DNA of 64,000 nucleotides, taken from positions 29,760 through 93,759 of the forward strand of contig JBBAPZ010000015.1 of assembly GCA_040400605.1 (NCBI GenBank), read 5' to 3'. Below the pieces are notes generated by a model. That model saw only the letters and a program-made list of their open reading frames with translations. It searched no databases and was not told the origin of the DNA. This stretch comes from Candidatus Sericytochromatia bacterium (GTDB lineage: Bacteria; Cyanobacteriota; Sericytochromatia; S15B-MN24; JAQBPE01). How positions within the stretch are numbered: position 1 is the first letter of the stretch; every line of letters begins with the position of its first letter. Shown one piece after another: positions 1-10,749 of this stretch. The position numbers and the translations under genes are program-made.

Positions 1-764
1 TAAAAAGCCGCGTCGCCTTGATCCCAACTCCACCACCATCGCGGCTGCGCCACGCGTATGGCCAGTACCGTTCGTTCATCGGCAGCACCCACACGGCGTT
101 CGGCTTGACCGACAGTTACGCCACCCGTATCCACCAAGGACCACGCCCAAAGCGTTTCCGCGCCTATCCCCGCCCAAGCGGCTTCAATCTCCAACCACGT
201 TTCATCTGCGACTATCCGCACCGCATGGCGCAACGAGGCCAAATGCCGGGATAATCGCCCAACCAGCCACACACGCCCCCACAGGCCGCCAGCGGGCGAT
301 GCCTGGCCATCTTCAATGTGCCACGCTCCCGAGTGACCGGGGTGTTGTCCAAATGCCCCCCGCAACCAACGCTTGCGCGCAGGCCACGCACCCAATACTT
401 CCTCGGGCCACGCAACACGCACCAAGAGTGTCAATGGACCCGCATGATCGCGCCACGCAGAAACGTCAAAGCTAAACGAACCGCAATATCCCGTATGCTC
501 ACCGAGATAAACCCCGTCCAACCACACCTGCGCACGGTAGTCCGCACCCTCAAAACGCAAAAAAAGCCGCTCGCAGGCGGTGGACGGCCATTCGACAACC
601 GTGCGGTACCAGGCAACGCGCGACCGCGCGAACTCCGCATCGTGGCGATCGCATTCCCGCCACGCATCCACTGCAAGGGCATCAGGGGTTGCTACAGGCG
701 CAACCTGAAACTGCCACGGTCCGGACAGTTCCAACGCCAACTCGCCGCCGGCAGTTTCAGACAC
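1..764 (-). CDS. Glycoside hydrolase family 2 (beta-galactosidase/beta-mannosidase-like), N-terminal part; runs off the window edge
   Basis: Not in the ORF track. Manual translation from GTG at 764 (GGAGG upstream) gives MSETAGGELALELSGPWQF...VAWYRTVVEW...RLFLRFEGADYRAQVWLDGVYLGEHTGYCGSFSFDV...GGLWGRVWL, the typical GH2 sugar-binding N-domain motifs. Confidence 0.85.
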   Translation of the reverse strand, partial: MSETAGGELALELSGPWQFQVAPVATPDALAVDAWRECDRHDAEFARSRVAWYRTVVEWPSTACERLFLRFEGADYRAQVWLDGVYLGEHTGYCGSFSFDVSAWRDHAGPLTLLVRVAWPEEVLGAWPARKRWLRGAFGQHPGHSGAWHIEDGQASPAGGLWGRVWLVGRLSRHLASLRHAVRIVADETWLEIEAAWAGIGAETLWAWSLVDTGGVTVGQAERRVGAADERTVLAIRVAQPRWWWSWDQGDAAF

Positions 765-800
765 TGAGGGCCCTCCGCCGTGATGCTGACAATGACGGGA

Positions 801-977
801 TCACGCTTCCGCGTCGATGCTGCGTAAATTCGACCAGCGCTTCAACCGACGATGCTTGCGCGGTTTCGGCTGGAACCAGTTCAACCAGAACCAGCCACGA
901 TCCCGTGTCAAAGACGCCAACTCTTTCATCCGATTGGCATTTGCTTGAAATAACTGCAGAAATTGTTGCTCGGACAT
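801..977 (-). CDS. Possible small basic, Trp-rich hypothetical protein (about 58 aa)
   Basis: MSEQQFLQLFQANANRMKELASLTRDRGWFWLNWFQPKPRKHRRLKRW... fills the gap between an AT-rich promoter-like stretch and the GH2 gene, on the same strand. Confidence 0.35.
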   Translation of the reverse strand: MSEQQFLQLFQANANRMKELASLTRDRGWFWLNWFQPKPRKHRRLKRWSNLRSIDAEA

Positions 978-1106
978 TATCGAATCCATTTCGCAAAAAA
1001 TATTAAAAGTTAAATCGTGCCTCATTGCCCGTTCTTTAAAAAATAGCACATTCAGGGTCATCTGACACGTGATCAACGTCTTGTTTGCGACGCGCAAGGT
1101 TGGTTT

Positions 1107-2195
1107 TCAGGACGACGGGGTGCCGGTTTTTTGGCGGCGCGCCTTGAGTCGTTGAACCATGACAAGGATTTCAGCGATGGTGGTGTAAAGATCCTCCGGA
1201 ATGCTGTCACCCAGTTCGACGCGTCGGTAAAGTTCGCGTGCCAGGGCGACGTTTTCGACGGTGGGCACGTCGTGTTCGGCGGCGAGTGCCTTGATGCGTT
1301 GGGCGATGAGGTCGACACCCTTCGCGACCACAAGGGGCGCCCCCATGGTGTCGCGATCATAGCGCAACGCCACGGCGTAGTGGGTCGGGTTGGTGATGAC
1401 AACCGTGGCTTTGGGCACCTCCTGCATCATGCGCTTTTTGGCAGCCTCACGCTGCAGGCGGCGAAAACGGCCCTTGACGAGTGGATCGCCTTCTGACTGT
1501 TTGGATTCGTCTTTGATCTCCTGTTTGGTCATTTTAAGACCACGTTCAAACTCCCAGCGTTGGTAAAACAGATCAAGCAGCGCGAAAAACAGCAATACCG
1601 CCACACTCCGCCAGGCAATTTCCCATGCGACGGTGGCAAACAACGCGGCAGCCCCTTCGCGCCCCATCAACAAGGTCGCGATCATCTGTGGAAAATAAGC
1701 GGCCAACACCCCATAGATAATCGCTGCCACCACGCCCATTTTAATCAGTGCCTTGAGTGTTTCGATGACGGAGCGCAACGAAAACAGGCGTTTAAAACCT
1801 GAAAGCGGATTGATTTTCTGCAGGCTTGGCTTCAGGGGTTCAAACGTGAACAAAACCCCGACTTGCGAGTAGTTAACCAGTAAACCAACCAACAACAAAA
1901 AACCCAGAATGGGTGCCAAGGCGAGCATGGTCTGGGTGCTCAGCGCCACAAACAGCGTTTGGAAGGCGCCGACGGTCATGTCTTGGCGGGGAAAGTTGCC
2001 GAGCAATTGCTCGGTAATGCCCATCATGTGGTGACTGAGATTGCTGAGTTGCCATTTGAGGATCAAAATGGAAGCAAGCAGCATAACGGCCGTGTTAAGG
2101 TCGGCACTTTTGGCGATGTTGCCTTTGTTGCGCGCCTCGGACAGGCGCCGCGGCGTGGGTTTTTCGGTTTTTTCCTGCCCACCGGAATCAGCCAC
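1107..2195 (-). CDS. flhB: Flagellar export substrate-specificity switch FlhB
   Basis: EKTEKPTPRRL N-terminus, KMTKQEIKDE..SEGDP, NPTH autocleavage motif. Confidence 0.98.
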   Translation of the reverse strand: MADSGGQEKTEKPTPRRLSEARNKGNIAKSADLNTAVMLLASILILKWQLSNLSHHMMGITEQLLGNFPRQDMTVGAFQTLFVALSTQTMLALAPILGFLLLVGLLVNYSQVGVLFTFEPLKPSLQKINPLSGFKRLFSLRSVIETLKALIKMGVVAAIIYGVLAAYFPQMIATLLMGREGAAALFATVAWEIAWRSVAVLLFFALLDLFYQRWEFERGLKMTKQEIKDESKQSEGDPLVKGRFRRLQREAAKKRMMQEVPKATVVITNPTHYAVALRYDRDTMGAPLVVAKGVDLIAQRIKALAAEHDVPTVENVALARELYRRVELGDSIPEDLYTTIAEILVMVQRLKARRQKTGTPSS

Positions 2196-2198
2196 GCG

Positions 2199-3014
2199 TC
2201 AGCCTCCGCCGTTTGTAACGCCTGCGGCCACCGCACGCAAAAAGGTGAGTAGGCCTGCAAAGTTTTGTTCAAACAGGCCTGCCATATGTTCTATCAGTAT
2301 CGGGAGTGAAACGGCCAAGGTCAAGACGCCCAGTCCGATTTTGATGGGAAAGGATGCGACGAAGATGTTCATCTGGGGCATGATGCGTGCCACGATGCCC
2401 ATGCCGAGTTCGGTCAGCACCAGCACCCCCATGACCGGTGCAACGAGCAAGACGGTGATCCAGAACAAATCGTTGGTGGCATCGAGAAGGAGCGACAAAG
2501 ATACGCCGTCGAAACGGTATTGGCCGGGGGGGATAATCCGTAGGCTTTTCTCGAGGGCCATCAGCATCCAGAGGTGGCCATCGAGTGTGAGGTAAATCAA
2601 GCTGCCCGCGATCATGTAGATTTGTGCAATCACGGAAACCTGGGTCGCTGTTTGGGGGTCCATGATGTTGGCCATCCCAAAGCCCATCTGTTGTCCAACG
2701 ATTTGCCCGGCAAACTGAAACGCGACAAACACCAATTGCACCAGGAATCCGATGAGCACCCCAAGGACCATTTCCTGAAACAAGGCGGCGGCGAGCAGCC
2801 AGGGGTTTTCCAAGGTGAGTGGCGGCCAGTCACGCAAAAGCAAAGGTGTGAGAATCAGCGCGATAAAAAAAGCCAGCCCGATCTTGAAACGCGCGGGCAC
2901 CTGGGTGTGACCCAGCATGGGGGCGATCAAGAAAATGGCGCTCGCGCGCACCAAAATGAGCAAAAAAAGCACCAGGCCTGACGCCGGCAGGGCCATGAGT
3001 CCTGTCAGATTCAT
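2199..3014 (-). CDS. fliR: Flagellar export protein FliR
   Basis: Multi-TM protein with GQQMGFGMANIMDP and PQMNIFVASFPIK; lies between fliQ and flhB. Confidence 0.97.
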   Translation of the reverse strand: MNLTGLMALPASGLVLFLLILVRASAIFLIAPMLGHTQVPARFKIGLAFFIALILTPLLLRDWPPLTLENPWLLAAALFQEMVLGVLIGFLVQLVFVAFQFAGQIVGQQMGFGMANIMDPQTATQVSVIAQIYMIAGSLIYLTLDGHLWMLMALEKSLRIIPPGQYRFDGVSLSLLLDATNDLFWITVLLVAPVMGVLVLTELGMGIVARIMPQMNIFVASFPIKIGLGVLTLAVSLPILIEHMAGLFEQNFAGLLTFLRAVAAGVTNGGG

Positions 3015-3020
3015 CGCAAT

Positions 3021-3290
3021 TTACTTTGCATATTCCGGTAAATTGACGAATATGGCCTGCATGAAGTCCAAGGTGGTGTTGAGCATCCATGGACCCAGAA
3101 AGGCCAGGCTCAGGAACACGGTTACTATTTTGGGAATGAAGGTCAGGGTCATTTCGTTGATCTGCGTCACGGCCTGAAAAATGGAAATCAACAAGCCAAC
3201 AACCAATGAAATGATCAAAGTCGGCATCGACAGTTCGAACAGCAGCCACAAGCTACGCTGACTCAATTCCAGCACCAGGGTTTGGGTCAT
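3021..3290 (-). CDS. fliQ: Flagellar export protein FliQ
   Basis: 89 aa with VGLLISIFQAVTQINEMTLTFIPKI. Confidence 0.98.
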   Translation of the reverse strand: MTQTLVLELSQRSLWLLFELSMPTLIISLVVGLLISIFQAVTQINEMTLTFIPKIVTVFLSLAFLGPWMLNTTLDFMQAIFVNLPEYAK

Positions 3291-3302
3291 GCGGCGCGAC
3301 TC

Positions 3303-4064
3303 CTATCCAAAGCTCGTCACGAGGGCGCGCGACATCAAATGCCACCCGTCAACCAGCACAAACAAGATGATCTTGAACGGCAACGAAATCACCACAGGCG
3401 GCAGCATCATCATGCCCATCGACATCAAAATGGAAGCAACGACCATATCAATCACCAAAAAAGGCAAGTAAATCACAAAACCGATCTGAAACGCGGTCTT
3501 CAACTCGCTCGTGATAAACGCGGGAATCAACACATAGGTCGGGATATCCCGCACGACCTTGGGCCGCTGCACCTTGGACAGTTTAACGAACAACGCCAAA
3601 TCACGCTCCCTGGTCTGTCGAAACATAAACCGGCGCAAAGGCGCCTCAGCCCTCGTGAAAGCGGTCTCTTGAGAAATGGCCTTGCGAGACAACGGTTCCC
3701 AGGCGTTCTTGTACACGTCACTGATCACAGGCGCCATCACAAAAAAGGTTAAAAACAGTGACAACCCAACGATGACTTGGTTAGGCGGCATCACCTGGGT
3801 GCCGATCGCCTGCCTCAAAAAACTCAACACAATCACAATTCGCGTAAAAGACGTCATCAACACCAAAATGGCAGGCGCCAGCGACAATACCGTCAGCAAC
3901 AACAACACCTGCAGCGTGACCGCCATATCTTTGGGCGCCTCACTGCCATTGAACCCCAAACTGAATTGCGGCACCGGCACAGGCGCCGCCTCAGCGGGCA
4001 GCGCCCCTGTCACAACCCATACGAGCCAGGCAACAAACCCAAGCCCAAAAACGAGCCCGCGCAC
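3303..4064 (-). CDS. fliP: Flagellar export protein FliP
   Basis: [34 protein letters not shown] and [21 protein letters not shown]. Confidence 0.98.
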   Translation of the reverse strand: MRGLVFGLGFVAWLVWVVTGALPAEAAPVPVPQFSLGFNGSEAPKDMAVTLQVLLLLTVLSLAPAILVLMTSFTRIVIVLSFLRQAIGTQVMPPNQVIVGLSLFLTFFVMAPVISDVYKNAWEPLSRKAISQETAFTRAEAPLRRFMFRQTRERDLALFVKLSKVQRPKVVRDIPTYVLIPAFITSELKTAFQIGFVIYLPFLVIDMVVASILMSMGMMMLPPVVISLPFKIILFVLVDGWHLMSRALVTSFG

Positions 4065-4068
4065 GTAC

Positions 4069-4695
4069 TTAGCCCTCCCATTCCCGCTTCAAGCCGCCCG
4101 GTGTGCCCTCATACAGCTCATCAAAAGCCGTTGGGTCGGACTGCAGCGCTTCTTGCGTCGCGATTTCGCGGCCAAAGCGGTTGTCACGCCCTTGACTGGA
4201 TTGTATGAATTGCTTCACCGCCTGGGCATCCGTGATTTCCGTTAAAAGTGCTAACCCGCCTGCGCTCGCTCCGAGCACCAGGAGGCGATCGCCCCCGAGA
4301 CTGACGACATGCACCGTATGCTGCGGCGACAGCATCGTGCTTTCAAGCAACACCACGTTCTTGCCGCGTAAGGTGGGCAAACCCAAACGCCCCTGAAAAT
4401 ACTGCCTGAAAACCCCGAGTGAAAGAACGATCAAACCAACGACCAGAAGCAGTTTAAACAGCATCGAGAGCACGGTCTGCCACATTGGCGTCTCGGCATT
4501 GCGACGCGGTTCGTCATAATCCCGTAAATTCAGCGCACCATTTTCCTTCAAGTAAGCCGGTACGCCCGTTTGCTCAGGGCGCACGGACTGCTGCGCCATT
4601 TGAGTAGCCGCTGCCAGCACCGGCTCTGGCGCCAATGTGAGCGTAACGGCAATGATCATCCAAAACCAAGCAATCGTAACCAACCAGCGGCCCAT
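4069..4695 (-). CDS. fliO: FliO/FliZ-family flagellar biosynthesis protein
   Basis: Start reassigned to ATG 4695 (GGAG upstream). Signal-like N-terminus, a TM helix, then [36 protein letters not shown]; directly upstream of fliP. Confidence 0.85.
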   Translation of the reverse strand: MGRWLVTIAWFWMIIAVTLTLAPEPVLAAATQMAQQSVRPEQTGVPAYLKENGALNLRDYDEPRRNAETPMWQTVLSMLFKLLLVVGLIVLSLGVFRQYFQGRLGLPTLRGKNVVLLESTMLSPQHTVHVVSLGGDRLLVLGASAGGLALLTEITDAQAVKQFIQSSQGRDNRFGREIATQEALQSDPTAFDELYEGTPGGLKREWEG

Positions 4696-5039
4696 CACGC
4701 TGCCATCTCCATAACTCATCTCACGCACCCGGCAAATGGCCTGTTCATCCAGGCACACCAAGCCACCCCGCAACAGGTTAACATAAAGCGCAGACATCCG
4801 CGCAAGACCATCATACGCCTCTTCGACACGGTGGTGAGCCGAATCGTGCTTGAAACGACAAGGTGATGCGTGTTTGGGAAAACGTCGACCGCAAAGCGAA
4901 ACCGCTCGTTTCGTGGGTCGAGTGTTGCTGATTGACAAGACGGTGACTTGATTGCGAAGCCATTGCACGGTGCACTGTCGCATGCCCGTCAAAAGACCGC
5001 CAATCGCCATTGGCGCATCGCAAGCGCCTGCGCACAGGG

Positions 5040-6068
5040 TCATTTGAACCATTCCGGGGTCAAGCGGGGATACAGCGTCTGCATCGCGGGTTCCTGCTGC
5101 CATTCCGGCACCAAGCGTCCGATGGCTTCAATCACCTCGGCCAAGGGCTCAAAAGCTGCACCTTTTTTCACTTGGCGCATCTGTTCGCCCAATTGCTCAA
5201 AGCGTTGGTGCAACAGTGCGAGTTGATCACGCAATGCGGTGTTGGCAGCAAATCGCTTGGCCCAACGGCGTTCCTCGCGTTCGTGTGGGTTGACGGTACC
5301 GGCCAGTTGTTTCCAAATGCTTTCAGCGGCGTAAGTCTGCCAGGTTGCGGCTCGCACCAGACCTGGCTTCAACAGCTCCTGCAAGGCCTCGGCGCGGCGG
5401 AGGACGAGATCGCGCTCTTGCCGGTACCGGGCGATCGCCGCCGGGGACGTCGCCAGATTGCGATTGAGCCCCCCGTTTGCAGGCGCCGTCTCACGGGGAG
5501 CCGGAAACAACTGCCCCAACAACACGTCATCCTTAAACTCTTCGTGATAATGGGCCAAGTAATAGAACTTCAATTTCAACTCTTCGAGCAACACATCATC
5601 GAAGGTCTGGCTTTTGAGCGCGTCCCGTGCTTGAACCACGAGGCGATCCGCCTCCTTGTAACGAAAAATTGCCACTTGCACCTGCCGCACCAAAACCGGA
5701 TTCTTACCCAGCATGGTCGACAAATACGAGACGATTTTTTTGGCCTTGGGGGTCACCGGATGACGATACTCGCCCCAATCTCTAACCCCCGGAACACCCA
5801 ACCCACACAGGTCACACGCCCTCGCCATCAACTCAACCCGCGGTTCCAGACTGGCCGCCAGACGTCCCGCTCGCGCCAGCGTACCTTCCAAAACCAGACG
5901 CAGGGTATCAGGATCCATCGGTGCACGACCCGTGCCGCGCACCAACGGTTGCGTGGCGGATGCGCGCCCCTCGGACTTGAGCAAACGCGACACCATCGAA
6001 TCAGCGGCCTTGACCAATTGATCCGTGCCCAATGGCTCCGGGCCTGCACCCTCATTGCCCAGGCTCAC
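5040..6068 (-). CDS. Hypothetical alpha-helical protein (342 aa) inside the flagellar cluster
   Basis: Long ORF with RBS (GAGGG) and normal protein composition, co-oriented between fliY and fliO; no motif recognised. Confidence 0.75.
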   Translation of the reverse strand: MSLGNEGAGPEPLGTDQLVKAADSMVSRLLKSEGRASATQPLVRGTGRAPMDPDTLRLVLEGTLARAGRLAASLEPRVELMARACDLCGLGVPGVRDWGEYRHPVTPKAKKIVSYLSTMLGKNPVLVRQVQVAIFRYKEADRLVVQARDALKSQTFDDVLLEELKLKFYYLAHYHEEFKDDVLLGQLFPAPRETAPANGGLNRNLATSPAAIARYRQERDLVLRRAEALQELLKPGLVRAATWQTYAAESIWKQLAGTVNPHEREERRWAKRFAANTALRDQLALLHQRFEQLGEQMRQVKKGAAFEPLAEVIEAIGRLVPEWQQEPAMQTLYPRLTPEWFK

Positions 6069-6112
6069 CGCACCACCCTCCGAATCGGCACCCCCTCAAA
6101 ACCAACCAGGGG

Positions 6113-7198
6113 TCAAGACAGTTTCAGGTTGCTGACCCGATCAACCGGATTGACAATATCTGTCACCCGAATGCCAAAGCTCTCGTCAATCACCACCACT
6201 TCACCTCGTGCGATCAACTTGCCGTTCACCAGCATATCCACTGGCTCACCCGCCAACCGATCCAGTTCCACCACGGATCCCTTACCCAAATCCAACACAT
6301 CCCGTATCGCCATGCGCGTGCGACCCAATTCCACCGTCACCCGTAACGGGACATCCAGAATCAAATCGAGACCACTGATGCCTTCCAAACCGGTCGGCTG
6401 CGACAGAGGCGCAAACTGCGCCGCACGAACCGGAACCGGCTCGGCAAACGGCACTTGCTGCGACACACCGGCACCCCCACGCCGCGACACACCTGATTCT
6501 TGCGCCACACGACTCTCAATCACATCCGCCGCCAAGTGCGCACCAGCAGACCTAACCGTTTCTTTCGCCACCGCCTCAGCCACCGCCGCCGGGTCATCCG
6601 CCGCCATCACCAAACTTTCCACCAACTTCCGCGCAGAAGCAGACTTCAACACTTGGGTCAGCGTACTGTTCACCGCCCCTTCCACCACAAAGTTAAACGT
6701 CACCAGCGTCAACAACTCCGGCCCATTGGTGTTGCGAAGCATCTGCGACGCGGACGGCACATCAAAACCCACGACGACCGGCGACACCGTCACCCGTCGG
6801 CTGAAAAACGTGCTCATGTTGCTCGCCGCGGCCATCATCATCTGATTAAAGGCTTCACCCAGTGCACTGGTCTGCATCTCACCAATGTCACCATCTACAT
6901 CCGTGTTTGAGCCGCCCGTCATCAGCTCGCAAACAGCCAAGGCCTCGGTGCGCCCGAGCAAGAATAGTTGCGGGTGCTCATCACCCACCACATAACGCAA
7001 TTCAATCAATACCGACGGCGTTGTTTGCGCCGCATAAAATTCATCTGCCTGTATCTGCGTCACCCTTGGCGTGGTAAACGTCACCGGCCGATTCAGAATC
7101 ATCGACAGATTCACGGCACCCGCACCAAGCGACAGGTTGCCTAACTCCGCCATGGTCTCTTTTTCAAACTCGTCGAGTGCCCTCATCGGATCAGTCAT
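6113..7198 (-). CDS. fliY: Flagellar switch protein FliY (CheC-like phosphatase domain plus FliN/SpoA domain)
   Basis: Two E-x-x-N motifs (ELGN, EAFN) and a C-terminal [15 protein letters not shown]...[32 protein letters not shown]. Confidence 0.92.
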   Translation of the reverse strand: MTDPMRALDEFEKETMAELGNLSLGAGAVNLSMILNRPVTFTTPRVTQIQADEFYAAQTTPSVLIELRYVVGDEHPQLFLLGRTEALAVCELMTGGSNTDVDGDIGEMQTSALGEAFNQMMMAAASNMSTFFSRRVTVSPVVVGFDVPSASQMLRNTNGPELLTLVTFNFVVEGAVNSTLTQVLKSASARKLVESLVMAADDPAAVAEAVAKETVRSAGAHLAADVIESRVAQESGVSRRGGAGVSQQVPFAEPVPVRAAQFAPLSQPTGLEGISGLDLILDVPLRVTVELGRTRMAIRDVLDLGKGSVVELDRLAGEPVDMLVNGKLIARGEVVVIDESFGIRVTDIVNPVDRVSNLKLS

Positions 7199-8196
7199 TC
7201 GTCTTCCACTTCTCGCTCATCAACCACACGGGTGACCTGCACCGCCAATTTGTTGCGAACCAAACCGGGCCGACCCTTGAACTTGAGCTGCTCACCCACC
7301 AGGATCTGTAAATCCTCATTCACAAACGTCGACAACGGCACCACATCACCAACACCCAAGCGCAACACATCCGCCACCGTCACATCCGCCGCGCCCAACA
7401 CAACCTGCAAAGGCACCCGCGCCTGCTCAACATTGTGCCGGATGCTTCGTGCATACTGCGGAGACTGCTCCTGCTTGGCCAAAGAAAACATCATCTGCGA
7501 ACTGATCTTGTTAAGCACCGGTTCCAACACCACATAAGGAATACAAATCGATAAAGGACCCGACGACTCACCAAACTTGGTCTCAAACGTGATCAAAACC
7601 ACCACATCCGTCGGCGGCACAATCTGAATGAACCGCGGATTGGTCTCCATCGACTCCTGCTTCGGCGTAAAACGCACAACGCTCTGCCAGGCTTCCTTCA
7701 ACGAATCCAGCGCACGCGCGATAATCGTGCTCACCAGCGCACGCTCAATCTCCGTCAAGTCGCGCCGCATCCGACTCACTTTGCCCGGCCCACCCAACAT
7801 GCGGTCGATGATCGCACTCGCGATGTCCAAATTGACCTCGAAAATACAATTACCCAACAAAGGCGCAATCGAAAAGATGTTGATAATCGTCGGATTCGGC
7901 ACGGAACGAATGAAATCGTCGTACGTCAACTGCTCGACCGACGCCACCTCCAACTGTACGACCATCCGCAAGTACGCCGACAACAACGTCGACAAAATGC
8001 GGCTGAAATTCTCATGGATCATCGACAGCGTTCGAATATGTTCCTTCGAAAACTTGTTTTGACGCTTGAAATCATAAAGCTGCAACGCCTTTTTAGGCTG
8101 CGCATCATCATCCTTGATGCGCTCAGCGGTCAACTCCCCCGTCGACAAAGCCGACAAGAGCGCGTCAATTTCTGACTGTGACAATATTTCAGCCAC
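7195..8196 (-). CDS. fliM: Flagellar motor switch protein FliM
   Basis: [11 protein letters not shown]heY-binding peptide, [16 protein letters not shown] motif and C-terminal SpoA domain. Confidence 0.98.
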   Translation of the reverse strand: MAEILSQSEIDALLSALSTGELTAERIKDDDAQPKKALQLYDFKRQNKFSKEHIRTLSMIHENFSRILSTLLSAYLRMVVQLEVASVEQLTYDDFIRSVPNPTIINIFSIAPLLGNCIFEVNLDIASAIIDRMLGGPGKVSRMRRDLTEIERALVSTIIARALDSLKEAWQSVVRFTPKQESMETNPRFIQIVPPTDVVVLITFETKFGESSGPLSICIPYVVLEPVLNKISSQMMFSLAKQEQSPQYARSIRHNVEQARVPLQVVLGAADVTVADVLRLGVGDVVPLSTFVNEDLQILVGEQLKFKGRPGLVRNKLAVQVTRVVDEREVEDE

Positions 8197-8238
8197 GCAT
8201 CAATCCTTCGACGAACACGATCCGTATCTGCTTCAGCC

Positions 8239-8823
8239 TCAAGAAACAACAAACTCCGTGAAGAATACCCGGTAAACCTCAGGCACCGGCTGCTTGACCG
8301 GATCCGCGTGCGGACCCGCCGTTTCAGACGTCATCTGGTTGATCTTGGTCTTGATCTCTTCTTTCAAGCGCTCCTTGCCCTCGGGACGCATCAATTCAGA
8401 AGCCGTATGCCGACTGATCGTCGACACGACAACATCCTTCATCATGTCGTTAAACCGCAACAATGGATCCACCTTCTTCGGCCCAGCGTTACCACCACCA
8501 CCCTCGTGTGGCCAGATGCGTTCGTTCTCGACATACTGGAGGCTGCACGAGAAACGCAAATACCGCCCACCATTCAAATTCACCACTTGCGAACTCATCA
8601 ACGCAAAACTTGGCCCAGGTGCGATGTGCTTCTCAACAAACTGGGTCTTCACCTCTGGCTTGATCATGAAATTCTTCACGAACAAAAAGCCGCCAACCAC
8701 CGAACCAAAACAAATGATAGTCATGGCCACAGCAGCCAATGCCCACTTCATCTCAAACGAAGAGCCACCCTTCTCAGACACACCCTTGCCGGGATCCTTC
8801 GCATTCTTCAAATTGGCTGCCAC
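8239..8823 (-). CDS. fliL: Flagellar basal-body protein FliL
   Basis: Start reassigned to GTG 8823 (AGGGGG RBS). Single TM, VVNL..GRYLR, EGKERLKEEI and C-terminal VFFTEFVV. Confidence 0.92.
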   Translation of the reverse strand: MAANLKNAKDPGKGVSEKGGSSFEMKWALAAVAMTIICFGSVVGGFLFVKNFMIKPEVKTQFVEKHIAPGPSFALMSSQVVNLNGGRYLRFSCSLQYVENERIWPHEGGGGNAGPKKVDPLLRFNDMMKDVVVSTISRHTASELMRPEGKERLKEEIKTKINQMTSETAGPHADPVKQPVPEVYRVFFTEFVVS

Positions 8824-8905
8824 AATACCCCCTACTGGCCTGACCGCACCTGCCTGGCACGATCCACACCACGGCACAGTTCCCACAAACCCATGTGAGA
8901 AAACA

Positions 8906-9682
8906 CTATTCTACACCACGCTTCATCCATTTGGACCCAGGCCGTTGCCCCTTCAAGTCCGAGCGCAGGATCACGATATCCACCCGTCGGTTGCGTGCTC
9001 GGTTGCGATCGCTGTTGTTGGGCGCCACGGGGTAGTATTCCCCATAACCTGCCGCGGATAACCGCTTGGGCGGAATTGCATGCGCCGTGATCAAAAATCG
9101 CACGACCGACGTCGCCCGCGCTGTTGATAACTCCCAATTGCTTGGATAACGTTCGGTATTGATCGGCGAATCATCAGTATGCCCCTCCACCATAATGTTA
9201 CGTTTGGAATCATCCAACAAACGTGCCACGGTTTGTAATGCAGCGAGTGCGCGGGGCTTCAGGTAGGCCTCACCAGGCTCAAAAAAAGACGAGTTCGCCA
9301 GCGAAATCACCAACCCACGCTCCGTCAAAGTGGTTGTGACACCCGCCCCGGCATCGGCATCGCCCTGCGAACCCTTCGTTTTCGCCAGATCCTTTTGCAG
9401 CTTGTCCTGCATCTCCATCATCGCCTTGGGTTCCGGCAACAACGCCCCCCCACCGAACAAGACATTAGGCGACCCATCCAAGGGGCGATCGCTCCCCCCA
9501 CTGGTCACATGAAACGCACTGGACAGCACCCGACTCAAATCCGCCACAGAAGTCTTGTCCGACATGCTGACTGCATACAAAATGATAAAAAATGCCAACA
9601 GCAGCGTGATCAAATCCGCATAGGTCAACAGCCACCGTTCGTGGTTGGCGTGCCCCCCCCCATGGCCTCTGCGCCTGCCCAT
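8906..9682 (-). CDS. motB: Flagellar stator protein MotB
   Basis: WLLTYADLITLLLAFF with the conserved Asp; OmpA-like domain EGHTD..SNWELSTARA..NRRVDI. Confidence 0.97.
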   Translation of the reverse strand: MGRRRGHGGGHANHERWLLTYADLITLLLAFFIILYAVSMSDKTSVADLSRVLSSAFHVTSGGSDRPLDGSPNVLFGGGALLPEPKAMMEMQDKLQKDLAKTKGSQGDADAGAGVTTTLTERGLVISLANSSFFEPGEAYLKPRALAALQTVARLLDDSKRNIMVEGHTDDSPINTERYPSNWELSTARATSVVRFLITAHAIPPKRLSAAGYGEYYPVAPNNSDRNRARNRRVDIVILRSDLKGQRPGSKWMKRGVE

Positions 9683-10486
9683 TTAGCGATTGCCTCCACG
9701 TCCCGCAGAAAGCTCCTTGCGAATCTTGGGACTCAAGTAGCCCTTGAGCTTCTCCTCCACGATTTGTGGATTGTCACCCGCCTGGATCGACAAAATACCC
9801 GCAATCATCACCTCGCGCATCAGCAACTCTTCCTCACTCTTGCGCTTCAGTTTGGCACCCATCGGTAACCACAACAGGTTCGCCGTCGCGACACCATACA
9901 AAGTCGCAACGAACGCCACGGCAATCCCCGCGCCCATCGCGCCGACGTCTGTGCCCAAATTGCTCAGCAACGCAATCAAACCCATCACGGTACCAATAAT
10001 ACCCATCGTGGGCGCAAAGCCACCCAACGCATCGAGCATACCCGTGTAACCCGCGTGACGCGACGCGATAAAGTCCAATTCCGTCTCAAGCATATCCTTG
10101 ATCGTTTCATGATCCAACCCGTCGGCCACCAACTGAATACCCTTTTGCAAAAATGGATCGCCCGCCGCAGCCACTTCACTCTCAAGCGCTAACAAACCCT
10201 CACGCCTGGCCTTTTCGGCAAACTTGACCAGTTCCGCAACCAATACCCCAGGTTCCAGTTCGTTTTTGTAAAATGTTTGCTTGATGACACCCGGCAATTG
10301 CTTGATCTCCTCAAGCGGGTAGGCAATGAACAACGTTCCCGCCGTGCCACCCAGAACAATCAACGCCGCCGATGGGTTCATCAACCCCAACAGAGACGAA
10401 ACCTGCCAACCCGACTCCCACACGTGGGCGATCATCATGGCGCCAAAGCCAAGCGCCAAACCAATAACCGTTGCTATTTCTAACAC
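9683..10486 (-). CDS. motA: Flagellar stator protein MotA
   Basis: ARREGLLALE, APTMGIIGTVMGLI, AFVATLYG and QAGDNP. Confidence 0.97.
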   Translation of the reverse strand: MLEIATVIGLALGFGAMMIAHVWESGWQVSSLLGLMNPSAALIVLGGTAGTLFIAYPLEEIKQLPGVIKQTFYKNELEPGVLVAELVKFAEKARREGLLALESEVAAAGDPFLQKGIQLVADGLDHETIKDMLETELDFIASRHAGYTGMLDALGGFAPTMGIIGTVMGLIALLSNLGTDVGAMGAGIAVAFVATLYGVATANLLWLPMGAKLKRKSEEELLMREVMIAGILSIQAGDNPQIVEEKLKGYLSPKIRKELSAGRGGNR

Positions 10487-10504
10487 AGGAACCCCGCTTC
10501 CAGG

Positions 10505-10738
10505 CTATAGCGTCGACGATTCGCCCGGCAAAACGCCAGGAGGCGATATGACAACGCCCCCGAAGATCTGACGTTTGAAGGCTATCACCCGGGCCACCAC
10601 TTCGTCGATACTTTCTCTAATCACAAACTTATGCTCGCTGGTCAAGGTCATCACCGTGTCAGGCGTAGCCTCCAACGTTTCAATCAGATCCGAATTCACC
10701 GTCATCTGAGTGCCGTTCAACCGGGTCACCGCAATCAT
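10505..10738 (-). CDS. flbD: Flagellar protein FlbD (SwrD-like)
   Basis: MIAVTRLNG...NSDLIETLEATPDTVMTL; upstream of motA. Confidence 0.93.
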   Translation of the reverse strand: MIAVTRLNGTQMTVNSDLIETLEATPDTVMTLTSEHKFVIRESIDEVVARVIAFKRQIFGGVVISPPGVLPGESSTL

Positions 10739-10749
10739 GCCCTTTTGCC

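Noticed and set aside
4696..5103. N-terminal extension of about 135 aa on the fliO ORF
   Set aside because: Cys/Arg-rich non-protein-like sequence overlapping the upstream gene; a good RBS and signal-like N-terminus start at 4695.
5010..6845. 611-aa plus-strand ORF, and similar long shadows at 12753-14033, 19889-21157 and 25411-26550
   Set aside because: They are antisense to well-supported genes (fliY, flgE, dnaJ, polA) and have no protein-like motifs; typical GC-rich shadow frames.
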